DNA of 62,962 bases, the filler included, from Choristocarpus tenellus KU-1152 (lineage: Eukaryota > Protista > Phaeophyceae), in assembly GCA_964200185.2 (NCBI GenBank). It is 13 parts of 13 records of this genome, joined end to end, with 100 filler letters (N's around TTAATTAATTAA, not from the genome) between each part and the next. Parts side by side here need not be neighbours in the genome. Positions count along the whole stretch, not along the records: positions 46,515 to 58,187 come from CAXNAD020002190.1; positions 58,288 to 62,962 come from CAXNAD020013510.1; 11 more parts are not named here. The stretch is one strand, 5' to 3'. Shown piece by piece: positions 52,501-62,962 of this stretch. Every line of letters starts with the position of its first letter. The stretch's first letter is position 1. The notes under the pieces were generated by a model, which did no database searches, was not told the DNA's origin, and saw only the letters and a list, made by a program, of their open reading frames with translations. The position numbers and the translations under genes are program-made.

Positions 52501-55500
52501 TGACATATTTACTTATTAGCACAGATCTGATCCACAACCAATTCTAACAGAGCCATCCAACCAAGAAGGGGGATGTTATTGAGTAATTGGGGTCCTTGTG
52601 ACCGCTTCTGGTACATGTGCTTCTACACTCTGGAGAGTGATTTCGCGCTTATGTGGACATATGGTCTCCTTCTTTTCTAGAGTCCTTGTCTCCCAAGGGG
52701 GGTTAGTTGCATTTCTGGCATGGTAGATGAGATGCTGGGTAGACTGTCTATACATATATCTACTAACACTTAAAAATGCCAAAATAGACCTCCCTCTAAG
52801 ATGGGATGGCTGAAAAACCAATGCCCTTGGCAGTACTAGCAATTAGAGAAAGAGCCAAAGTATCTTAGAAGGTAGAGCCGCGTCCATTTAGGGGTCAAAA
52901 TCAAATGTTACGATTTTGATATTGTTTTGACTATCGTGTTTGTTAGGAAGTGTCAATATCTATCTATGTTTCGGACACACGTTTTCATAACGTATACTTT
53001 TTGCCTACTCCGAAACATTCTGGAGTAGGAAAATGTCACAAATACACCCATGTGAAGCCAAGCTCCAAATGGACAAACAGGGCAAAATTCGTACCCTCTG
53101 AGATACTTTCACTCAAAGTCGTTGCTGTGGTCCTAGAAAAAGACTTGTCTACAATGGTAGACATGTGGCACTTGGTCCTCTCCCCAATCAATGCTCTTAA
53201 GGCAGCTTTAGATCTCTGTCTTCTCTTGCCCTGACCACATCAAGATACTTTGGATAGGTATGATCGAGAAAAGTGTACATGGAGATATATCCTCGATACA
53301 CAGCTTATCTGTGCCATGGCTCCTCCTGGAGGAGCACGTGCAGTAATATCTCCTCGGACTCAGAGCAGGTTCAATGTTCTCAACCTTACTGTAGGCAGCG
53401 ACTCCCAGGTGAGTTGGCTCAACACAGAGCTCACAGTTTGAGTTGAGTTGCTTCTGGGTTGTTCATTAGGCAGTTTAAGCACCTCTTCCTTTCATATGAT
53501 GTGGTAGTCATCACTCTCACCACCTCTTCCTAATTGATCCTAATCTAACTGAACCATCAAGGCATAACAGGCAAATACTCTATTGTCCTCACCTGATAAT
53601 GGAGAGAACCACCATTGCCACCAATATCAATAGTATTGAATGACAGGATACTATATGTCTCTCACCTGATAATATTATTCTAGTGGAATTCAATCTCCTT
53701 AGTTACTCAAGGAAACACATACCAATCTCCGGTCTTCCTGAGCACCTCTTCCTTTCATATGATGTGGTAGTCATCACTCTCACCACCTCTTCCTAATTGA
53801 TCCTAATCTAACTGAACCATCAAGGCATAACAGGCAAATACTCTACTGTCCTCACCTGATAATGGAGAGAACCACCATTGCCACCAATATCAATAGTATT
53901 GAATGACAGGATACTATATGTCTCTCACCTGATAATATTATTCTAGTGGAATTCATTCTCCTTAGTTACTCAAGGAAACACATACCAATCTCCGGTCTTC
54001 CTGCACACCGATCCATCCTCAAACAGGTAGTTCGAATCTTTGACTCCATCCTGTCACCCAAACTGGCCGACTTTGAAAACGAAGTGAAGCCCTTAGGGAC
54101 CAAGATTGCACAGGCAACACTTAAGGTATAGTGATACATCCCAAGGTCATTTAGATGATATTATTATTTGACCATTTCAAACGTTGCATTGAATGTTGAT
54201 CGGAGACCATTTCTATCGTTGGTGTAGAGGGAAGTCATGACTGGCAGCTAGGTTGGACCATTACAGTTAGAGGTAGGTCACCAGGAGGACCAGTAGGGAA
54301 AGGGGCATTAGAGAAAGCTGATGGAAGCCAAGTTTGGACGGTAGAGCATGTCCACACAAACATTTCATGCACTTGTACAAGCTTGGCATTGTTGTGATTG
54401 AGAGTCAAAGCATTAAAGATGGTAAGGGGTTTGCCCTGTTTGTCCGTTCGGGGCTTGGTTTCCCACAGGTTTTTTAATGCCCTTTTTCAGTTTTCTGTGT
54501 GAACACAGTTACCTAAAATGTATGCCACTCTGATGGATGTGTCTGGAGCAAGGATATTGACCCTTGCTAACAAACATGGTAGCCAAAATTAATCAAAATA
54601 GCAACGATGGATTTTTGATCCAGAACGGAAGTGGCCCTACCCTCTTAAATGATTTGGGTCTAAGATACTGAGTACATGGTGAATGCTTGTCAGTGGCCCA
54701 ATGTTAAATCTTTTGTACCCTGTAGTACAAAGGATGTGTAGTCCAGACTACTCATCATGTACAAGATTGAGGGAAATGCCTTATCATAACTTAGGTGGTC
54801 GACAGATAATAGGTAGAAGGACCTCTGGTCAGCACATGAAATTGTAGAAGTCCATCCATGAAGTGCAGTATGCTGTCCAAGTCCATATATTCTACATGAT
54901 GTAGAAAGTATACTACTCGAAGTTCATAGCAAATACGATATAGTAGGGAAAGGCAAGTGATTCTTCTGTTTTTGGATGTTACCTCAATACACTTGGAGCA
55001 CATAACCTCTGTCTCTCCCCAGCTGAAAAAAGCATATGCCTAGCCCTGACATCAATGCCAAAGAAATATACTTCGAAGTATTTATATCCATCTTTCTGAG
55101 CACTTCAATCTCAAGAACATCCCTTGCTCCTGAACATCCACTTGAAATAGGTGTATCAGTCGTCTGTAGAGACCTTCTTGCCAACACCTGTCAAGTCCCA
55201 CTATCTGTTCAACATGAGGGATATGGCCAAAGTTATCGAGGGTTGCATGCAGGTGAGATGAGGATTGCCTCGAAAAAAAAGAACAGCTCACCATAGTCAT
55301 TCTTTTCTTGTTCCCTTTTGGATTTGTGGAAATGCTGGTATAATACTCTGAGTGGATATTGAGTACTCAAAGGTATATGACAAACCTGATGGTATGTCAC
55401 ATTTTTTCAAATCACTATGAGACCTAGAATGTGTCTCCATTAGTGTATGTGACATGCAGGAAAATGAGGAAACATCGCACATTACACAATTGCCATCTTC

Positions 55501-57857
55501 AAAAATTATGATCCCCACCTATCTTTCATGTCTTTTTTCGGTTTGACGTCTCCTTACTCATGGCACAGGCGTCTCCGATTACAGTGGACACACGTCAAGT
55601 TGCAATACGATTGTGGTCACATGAGTGCCAACGAGTGTTTGCTGACCGTTTTGTCCAAGACTCAACTAATGATGAGGGGCGGTTCAGGGAGGTGGGTTGC
55701 TCATAGAGGGATTACATTCACAGTTCATAAAGGCCACAATTATTCATGAGGTAGAGGAGTAAAAGTATCTTAGAGGGTACAAGTTTTGCCCAGTTTGTCC
55801 ATTTGGGGCTTGGCTTCCCTAGGGGTTTTTTGTGTCATTTTCCTACTCCAAAATATTTCGAAGTAGGTACAATGTATACATCATGAAAAGGTGTGTCCGC
55901 AACAAGGATATTGACACTTCCTAACAAACACTATAGCAAAAATTACATCAAAATCACAACTTTGGATTTTGGCCCCCAAATGGACACGGCTCTACCCTCT
56001 AAGATACTTTGGCTCAGAGTAGTAACAATAACATGTTGTATCAAGGTAGCATGTCCCAGCACTGGTTGTGGTCAGAATTAGACAACAACAAAATGTGGAA
56101 GTAAAAGAAAATTCTATTGTTCCCATCACCCCTCATTTTGTGTGACATGATGACAAGCCCCAGTATGGATAGCTCATCAAAGTGACAAGCTGATGAGGGG
56201 GATATGTATGATTATTACCTTTCAATACCTCGTACCAGAGAGCATCATATACTTAGTTTTGATCGATGTGATGTGCTGCCCGGTCCTTATGCAAACCAGG
56301 AATGAGACATCACCTTACAGTTCACAGTATAGGCCCAAGAGATGATGCAGCAACCCTACATATTAAACGTTGCCAATTTAAATCTAAAGGATCAAATGCA
56401 ATCACGTTTTGGTCATGATCAGGTCATTAATACCCAGCTCAAGGCGATATTTGAGACAGAATGGTCTGATCTTTATTCGGGGTGTGAGGAGGAAGATGTT
56501 GGCTCCACCTTCACCGGCTGCTTCACTGAGGCTGGTGAACCACTGAGGTGTGAAAATAGTTGTTCAAACGAAACCCAGACATATGAGATCTGGCTACAGA
56601 TCCAAACTGCCCAGTGAGGAGAGAGGAAGAACCTTAGTCCAACCCTTGCATTCTTGTCCTTTGCAGTTGATGTTGAGTATCCTCTTACAATATTCCCCAA
56701 AGTTGAGTGTTCATGAGTTTTTCTAACAAGACCTATTTTTATTTTTATTTAGTCAAGCACATACCAAGGATATTTTGCCATGTCTGTCAGCCTCAATATC
56801 TGTTGGAAATATATCTTTCACGACTTTGAACTTGTTCACAGCTATGAGGAGCAGCTCACAATGGGCAAGCTTCGCGAAACTCTGGAGGAGAAGCTAGAAG
56901 ACTACAACATGGAACCGAAGCTTGTCTCCATGCATCTTGTTCTATTTAAGGTTGTACGCAGAAGAGTTCATTCCAGGGTCCGTCTGGCTGTTTACTGTGA
57001 CTTGTCAAGAGTATCATGTGGAAATTGAAAGCTTGGAATAGGCGCTGTCAGAAATGAGCTATGGCTCCCTTTTGTATGGCCCACGAGTGCTCTGGAGAAG
57101 TGTCACAAATGTAGTATCTATACTTTGAAACCTAAGCTGTACAAATTGCGCCTTGCTTTGTTTGCAAACTAACTTAGTTCAAAACGTTCTCAACAGGACG
57201 CTGTCAAGCATGTGGCACGCATCCATAGGGTGCTGAGCTTAAAGCGTGGAAACCTTATGCTAGTTGGAGTAGGTGGCTCAGGGAGACAGTCACTTACCCG
57301 ACTTGCTTCATACATTGCAGGCCAGGAACTCTTCACCATAGAGATTGCCAAGAATTACCGCCAGGTGTGGTTCCGTTTCATACCCCTCCCCCTTTTTCAA
57401 TCTGGGTATCTGTCTTGCCCTTTATCGATTATAAATTCATCTACTCTCTTTCTTATTACTTTTAACCCTCTTAACTCTGTTCTCAAAGATGCAAGTTGGC
57501 CCTTTTTTTCCTCGTAGTGCCTGACTCTTATCATGAAAAAATAAATATTTGCCTTGATTTTTTCGCTTCTGCACTGTTTCCAACACTTGTCCCATGCTGT
57601 AATATGATAGCTACACCTCTGATCCACCACCCTCTGGGTGGCACTAGTGAATTCCAATCGTTGCATGTTGTAGACACATTGGCATTTACAAAAGGATCGT
57701 CCAATATTTTGATGAGGAATATTCCACTGTGTCTCCGTTAAAACTCAATCCGTAACTGTCCTGTACTTAGCTCGAGTTCCGTGAAGATATCAAGATTTTG
57801 TTCGAGAAGGCCGGAGGAAAAGGACAACCGGTTACCTTCCTCTTCAATGATAACCAG
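46515..57857 (+). CDS. DNAH2: Axonemal dynein heavy chain, DNAH2 / inner-arm I1(f) beta-like, internal part (end of AAA1 to AAA4), 20 exons
   Basis: Exons 46515-46581, 46785-46896, 47116-47234, 47544-47631, 48195-48338, 48680-48751, 49041-49216, 49634-49810, 49973-50108, 50346-50492, 50747-50923, 52168-52340, 53258-53408, 54027-54125, 55151-55252, 55569-55691, 56423-56547, 56842-56950, 57197-57364, 57771-57857. Motifs: [93 protein letters not shown]. The dynein call is very strong; the DNAH2 subtype is from recalled signatures. Confidence 0.93.
51200..51455 (+). mobile_element. MITE family A copy in a dynein intron
   Basis: GAGTCAAATTATCTTAGAGGG...AAGATACTTTTACTC, flanked by T-runs. Confidence 0.9.
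52852..53114 (+). mobile_element. MITE family A copy in a dynein intron
   Basis: GAGCCAAAGTATCTTAGAAGG...AGATACTTTCACTC, flanked by AAA/AAA. Confidence 0.9.
53478..54003. repeat. Recent 263-bp tandem duplication in a dynein intron
   Basis: 53478-53740 and 53741-54003 are nearly identical, with only isolated substitutions. Confidence 0.93.
54402..54660 (-). mobile_element. MITE subfamily A' copy in a dynein intron
   Basis: GAGTCAAAGCATTAAAGATGGTA...CCCTCTTAAATGATTTGGGTC. Confidence 0.85.
55757..56015 (-). mobile_element. MITE family A copy with perfect 4-bp TSD (AGAG)
   Basis: agag|GAGTAAAAGTATC...TTTGGCTC|agag. Confidence 0.92.
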
Positions 57858-58723
57858 GCAAGCTTTGACCTGGTCTACTAGCGAATTTCTAGCAGGTTCC
57901 CAAAGATTTTGCAAACCTAATGGTCGTTGCAACCAACTTAGACTACCACACATATTTAATCTCACAAGGCCTGGTTGATGTCATGTCGGGCCTTGATCTG
58001 GCTCAAAATATCTGGGGGGGGGGGGGGGTGTCTGTCCATTTGGGGTCAATTCTTCCATGTTATGATTTTTGGGTGATTTGGTTCCGTGCATTGGATGGAA
58101 AATGAAAGTGCACTTTTCCTGATCAGGGTCCAAATGGACACCCTGGTGTAGACACCCCCCCCCCCCCCCCCCCCCCCCCCAAACCTCNNNNNNNNNNNNN
58201 NNNNNNNNNNNNNNNNNNNNNNNNNNNNNNNTTAATTAATTAANNNNNNNNNNNNNNNNNNNNNNNNNNNNNNNNNNNNNNNNNNNNGGGGGGGGTGGGG
58301 GGGGGTCGGGGGGGGGGGGGGGGGGGGCTGAGAATACGTTGGGTCAGACATGATAGTGGGTGAACAGGGGACATCAATTAATCGGCAAGCAGGGTATCAC
58401 ATTTCTTCTTCAAAAATGCAAGGTGGAAAGGCTCTGGTGTGGCTAGTGCTTTGGAGTATAGAGTTCATGGTGTGTTGGAGGGAGGGGGGAAGGGGGGAGG
58501 AAAAGTTCCTACTCAGTACTACTAAGTTTATTGGGTGCAAGCACTTACAAATGGACCATTGTTACAGCAGTTCACCTCTACCAGGAGAAACTCACGGGGG
58601 GGAAAGGGATTCAAGCTGAGTCACTGTAGAAATCTGTACACCTTAGATTTCAAGTCCTCATTGAGGGTATATCCTAGCACCTCCCTCCAAAAGATCAACC
58701 ATTGCCTCATTTCCCTTCCTCAC

Positions 58724-59470
58724 CCAAGAGATACAGCCCGGCAGCTCCATTTGGTATCGGGCATGGATCCGCCCGGAGAGCATCCTTGCACGCCTTCGGA
58801 CCCAGGTCAAGAACCTTGGTACCCTCCAGGAGTGCCCTCTCTGCTTCGGCAAGCTTACCCATATTCAGGCAGCACAGTGCTAGGAGGTACCTGATCCCGC
58901 GAACGTGTGTGGAGGAGTGTTTGCCTGATGATTGCTGTGTGTGTTTGTAAAGATCGACTAGACTCAAACTACCTTTTGACGTGAGTTGGCAGCATAGGCA
59001 AGGGGTATCAGCTGTTCATCAGACCACCCAGACATAATAGAGGGGTACTATATAATGCACAGTACTGAATAAAAAATCCGATGGTAGAGAGCTGTAAGTG
59101 AGACTCCACGCTCTTCAGCAGTATACCAATCTTTGTTATCTCAGGACAAGGACCTTGGCTGAGGGGGTGAAGGATGTACCCGTGCATATTGCTCCGTACA
59201 ACAGCGAGAGCTAAGATTTCCCTGCTTCCAGGAAAGACATCATGGTTTTCGCTAAAATTTTCAGTCGTACCTGTTTTGGGGTGCCCTCGAACCCTGCAGC
59301 AAGGCGTGGGCCCGGAGGTCCGCCCCATCCCGCAGGTGACAGGTTGCCAATAATAGAACGTTCTCTTCACTAGGATTGTAGGCAACTAGTCGCTCGCATA
59401 AAAAAAGCGCATTCGAGAGCATGTATCCATCGAGGTAAATTCGCACCAGGGGGCGCAAGGCCTCCTCCAT
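58724..59470 (-). CDS. CDC27: CDC27 / APC3 anaphase-promoting complex TPR subunit, first two exons
   Basis: Exons 59271-59470 and 58724-58890: MEEALRPLVRIYLDGYMLSNALFLCERLVAYNPSEENVLLLATCHLR...QNR/YLLALCCLNMGKLAEAERALL...IPNGAAGLYLLG, typical of the CDC27 N-terminus. Confidence 0.88.
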
Positions 59471-60350
59471 TCTTAAGGGAGGGAAGGGCCAAGTCGACCC
59501 CAACCCTCAAGTTACTGTCGCCAGGAGCTTGCTCTGTCTCGCCAACGTCGGCTTTTTGGATCTATTCCAATGTGTCACCACTCTCCACACCCAGGGGGAT
59601 ATAGACACAAACCCTAACCTATTGTGAGCTTTTGATCGCGGTCGGTCGCCACAACCTTGTCCAGGAGAAGTAGGTCTTGTGGCCGACGCCACACAAATAA
59701 GAGCAGTTGGTTCCAACTAACACTCCGACAACTTGAAATTCAAGACCTATCAATGCCTTGGCCTTTGGTGGCCAGGGTGCTTACAGTCGAGAACACAAAC
59801 ACACAAGGAAGGACCTATTAGGCAGTAGTACTACTACTGTTGTCTGTTGTGCTTTTTTCAAGTTTGCCATATTTTATGCCTTCTCCTTTCATAGTGCCGA
59901 TACGTCGAAGGCGTGCTTTTTTTCAAAATCATGAATCACCAAGATGACCAGAGAAAGAGATGATTTCACATAGGTAAGGACTGAGGAAAGACAGGGGAAG
60001 CTATCATCGTCACGCTCGAATTATCGGACGTTACTCTTATGATTTACTGCTGTGGACGCGTGAGTTGATGAAAATATACATGGTTGTCTCGTCTTTTGAG
60101 TTTTAGTCGAGTTGGACCTTGCAAATGCCAACAAAGGTGTAATGGATAATGGTGATATCATAGCTCAATATATCGCTGAATGAAGAAATACTCCCTGGGC
60201 ACCGTACACATGCCACCATGGAATATGAAGGTTTGCTGTAGATTTTGTTTGTGTTCGTAATCCTTCGCGGAGGTACACAAGGTCTGGGGAGAAAATCCCC
60301 ATAGTGGTGCATTGCATTCTCGTTGTCATTGGACACGGACACATGAAACA
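59471..60350. promoter_or_regulatory. Putative bidirectional promoter / 5' UTR region between CDC27 and the aminopeptidase
   Basis: Two genes diverge from this <1-kb interval on the same contig. It is visibly richer in CpG than neighbouring gene bodies. Confidence 0.45.
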
Positions 60351-60449
60351 TTCATAGACATTTCGCGTGTGCTCTCACAGCAGCCTTCTTCCGCAAGGAG
60401 AAGCACTTTGATTTTCGTGACTGTGGCATTGCTTCTTGATGCAGCTACA

Positions 60450-62050
60450 ATGATACAAGGTAGTCTTACCTTTGCTAAACACCCAGCGGTGCGACTCTGG
60501 GGAAGAACTGCTACGTTTCTTTCAGGGTGAGATGGTACCCTTAGCATATCGGAAGATTCTGAGTACGCTTGAAATAATTTTTCCGAGGGGGACTTGAGGT
60601 TTGTAAGAACTTCAGGAATGTTGTCTAGACGTCTAGTGCCCAACACTCTCAGGGTAGGAAAGCACAACGTATTGGGTCACCAGAGGGTACTGCCTCGAGT
60701 AAGGGCTAGATCGCTCATGCCTGGGTTTACCTATGCCGTATGATGCAACGGATGCGGCGTACTTCTTGGGTTATGAGTTGAAGAGAACAGGGATGTAATG
60801 TTCGTATCTTTTCCTCTGGTACACCACACAATGCTTGATCGCCACAGTCTCTCTCCCCCCCCCCATTCAAAGATTCAGTGCGAAACCCTCCCCCATAAGA
60901 TGCCTATTGACGTCAGTCGCCACCAAATCAATATGTGAAGAACCCCGTCCTCCCTCCTTCAGCCTGATGCCTTCCCTTTTAGTTGGCACTGAGATCCATT
61001 TTCATGACCCTCACATCTCCAGTCTAACAGGAATTAGTAGCCACATTGTAGGCAATGTTGGGAAACCTTCTCGAACATCAGCTACTCCCAGAGCCTGTAT
61101 CTCGGGTCAATGTGCAACTGGTGGCAAGGGACTCAACAGTGGAGTCCATGGTCTCGCCATGGTCACTACCACCAACGGTGGATATGACTTCTCAGGTCAG
61201 GCAACACGGTTCTCTGGGTCCTTTAGCGAGGATAAGCGTGATGGGACTGCCGTTCCTATTGCATTGCTGGCGGAAAAGGTAGGTTTTAGGTGTGTAAGAG
61301 AGTCTAGGGCAAATATTGTGCAACCTGAGTGGATCGGATCAACACAGGTTGGACTTGATTTGAAGAGTACTGTGGATAAACATGTCCAGGCAGAGGCAGG
61401 CAGTGTGTGGGGGGAGGGGGCAGGCTGGTATACAACTAATTAGAAAGGGTAAGAATTGGGGGGAGGGGCTGTGTGTTGTGTTTGGATGAGACAGGGTGGT
61501 GTGGGGCATGGAAAGCCCAATGTGGTGCTGGGTGAATGTGGGAAGGAGTTTTGATATGAGGATTCGATGAGTGAAATTTGAGGAGGGAGGGGAAGGGAGG
61601 AGGAGTGGGGTCCCAGGGGGAAGGAGGAGCAATGCTTTGGAATTTTCTTTTCATGGATGGTTTTCATGCTTGAGTCAAACATAGTTACAGCAACCCCAGG
61701 CATTTCCCTCTCTCCTTGCACAGTCTTTCACGATGAAATTTACTGACACATCGAAGTACTTACAAGATCCCCTACCTCCTCTTTTGCCCTGAACAATCTT
61801 TTCCCGGAAACGCATACGCCCTACCAAGGCACAATTTGATGGGTGGCTAGAATCTAGGACCCCAGCTGCCAAGTCATGGTTGAAGAGCTTAGGGCAGGAT
61901 TCACACAGACCAGGCCGAGTGGTGCTCATCCCATCCTTGGGTGGGGAGGGCGAGGGGGGCGGCCTGTCGCTGTCGGAAGTAGGGTTCTGCTTGGGGGAGG
62001 GAGAAGAAGGTGCGGGCTCCCCATTTGCACTTTGCTCTCTACGCGATCAG
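60450..62050 (+). CDS. M17 leucyl aminopeptidase-like protein (PepB-type N-terminal domain) with an N-terminal targeting extension, 5' part
   Basis: Phase-consistent exons (..60526), 60873-61278, 61829-62050: ...TAVPIALLAEK/AQFDGWLESRTPAAKSWLKSLG...PGRVVLIPS...SPFALCSLRDQ. Resembles the N-domain of proteobacterial-type M17 peptidases. The start codon is uncertain. Confidence 0.55.
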
Positions 62051-62732
62051 GTGAGTTTGTGGGAAGGGACTGATTTATGTCATTGTGTTTTGTGGTGAGA
62101 CAGGGGATGGCAGAACTGAGCGAAGTCGCACCATTTTCGGCTGCTGATTTATCTGAAGCCCTCTACATCCAACAGAAGCAGACACACAGATTAAAACCAT
62201 TTTTGTTGCCTTTTTGTTGTGCATGTCGGAAGGAGTATATTGCGTTTATTTATTTTTTGCTGTTGATGCTAGGTAGGGCACTGTCGTTTGTTTGTTGGCG
62301 GTGCTGTTTTTCGAACTCAGACACAAGATTGAAGAGTGTCCCACTTTATTAAACCCCCCCCCCGTAGTTTCAAATACAATGCTACCAGTAGCAAGAGTTG
62401 CCTCCACCTCAGTTGGCCTATCACTGCTCTCAATGTTACTTTGGTCGTGCCACTGGTAAGAAAAACAGGGGGTGGCACCTGCCAATCCTCTAATGCGCCG
62501 TTCCTGCAGGCGACATTTTCGTGACTGTGACTGACTGACATGATCTTCCGTTATGAGCAGCGTGCGTGCTAATTTCTGTAGAGTATTAACCCTAGCTCTT
62601 CCTCCCCGAAAGTGATTTGACTTCGTTAAAAAAATTGGTGTTCCCAAGACTTGTATACGTAAATGACTTGATTAATTCCTTATTGTATGCAGAACAGGTT
62701 GTTTGTACATGAAGTAAGAAAGGTGCAAGGAA

Positions 62733-62734
<2 letters not shown>

Positions 62735-62784
<50 letters not shown>

Positions 62785-62786
62785 GA
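62735..62786. repeat. (GA)n microsatellite
   Basis: Direct observation. Confidence 0.95.
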
Positions 62787-62962
62787 CAGTGAGCTTCAAA
62801 GCTCGAAGGGGGTCATCATCTTACGATTTGCATATTCTAATAACCCGCCATTCAGTCCGTTGTACTATAATAACCCGCGGACAATATTTTCGTTGTCCAA
62901 CAATACTTCAACAACTCAATGTTTCTCCCACAGAATCATATTTTACACATGAATAAAAAGCA

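Noticed and set aside
2698-58287. Regularly recurring TTAATTAATTAA motif that could look like a repeat array or recombination site
   Set aside because: Always embedded in N-runs of fixed length. It is an artificial contig linker, so cross-contig gene neighbourhoods (e.g. RDR next to GMPS) are not real.

Overview
Eukaryotic genomic DNA made of 13 unrelated short contigs joined by an artificial spacer (N-run + TTAATTAATTAA + N-run), so adjacency across spacers is meaningless. The genes are intron-rich (short exons, GT-AG and some GC-AG introns) and there are many short TTAGGG tracts and a flagellar dynein. This suggests a flagellate-bearing stramenopile such as a brown alga (inference). Gene pieces reconstructed by hand from splice sites and phase: a FANCD2-like exon; 7 exons of a cellular RNA-dependent RNA polymerase (RDR); the last exon of GMP synthase; kinase exons; an NPF/DPF-motif terminal exon; a TPR protein; a coiled-coil protein 3' end; 20 exons of a DNAH2-like dynein heavy chain; and CDC27/APC3 head-to-head with an M17 leucyl aminopeptidase. 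Mobile DNA: a decayed Ty3/Gypsy element with an unusually long tRNA-Ser-derived primer site; a decayed, intron-containing Sola-type DDD transposase gene; and at least 12 copies of a ~260-bp GAG...CTC MITE group plus a related ~185-bp family. There is also a possible decayed Polinton/PLV ATPase-protease fragment. The most unusual signal is that telomeric repeats appear to have been written into ordinary sequence, including MITE TIRs and a minisatellite unit, at sites of microhomology.
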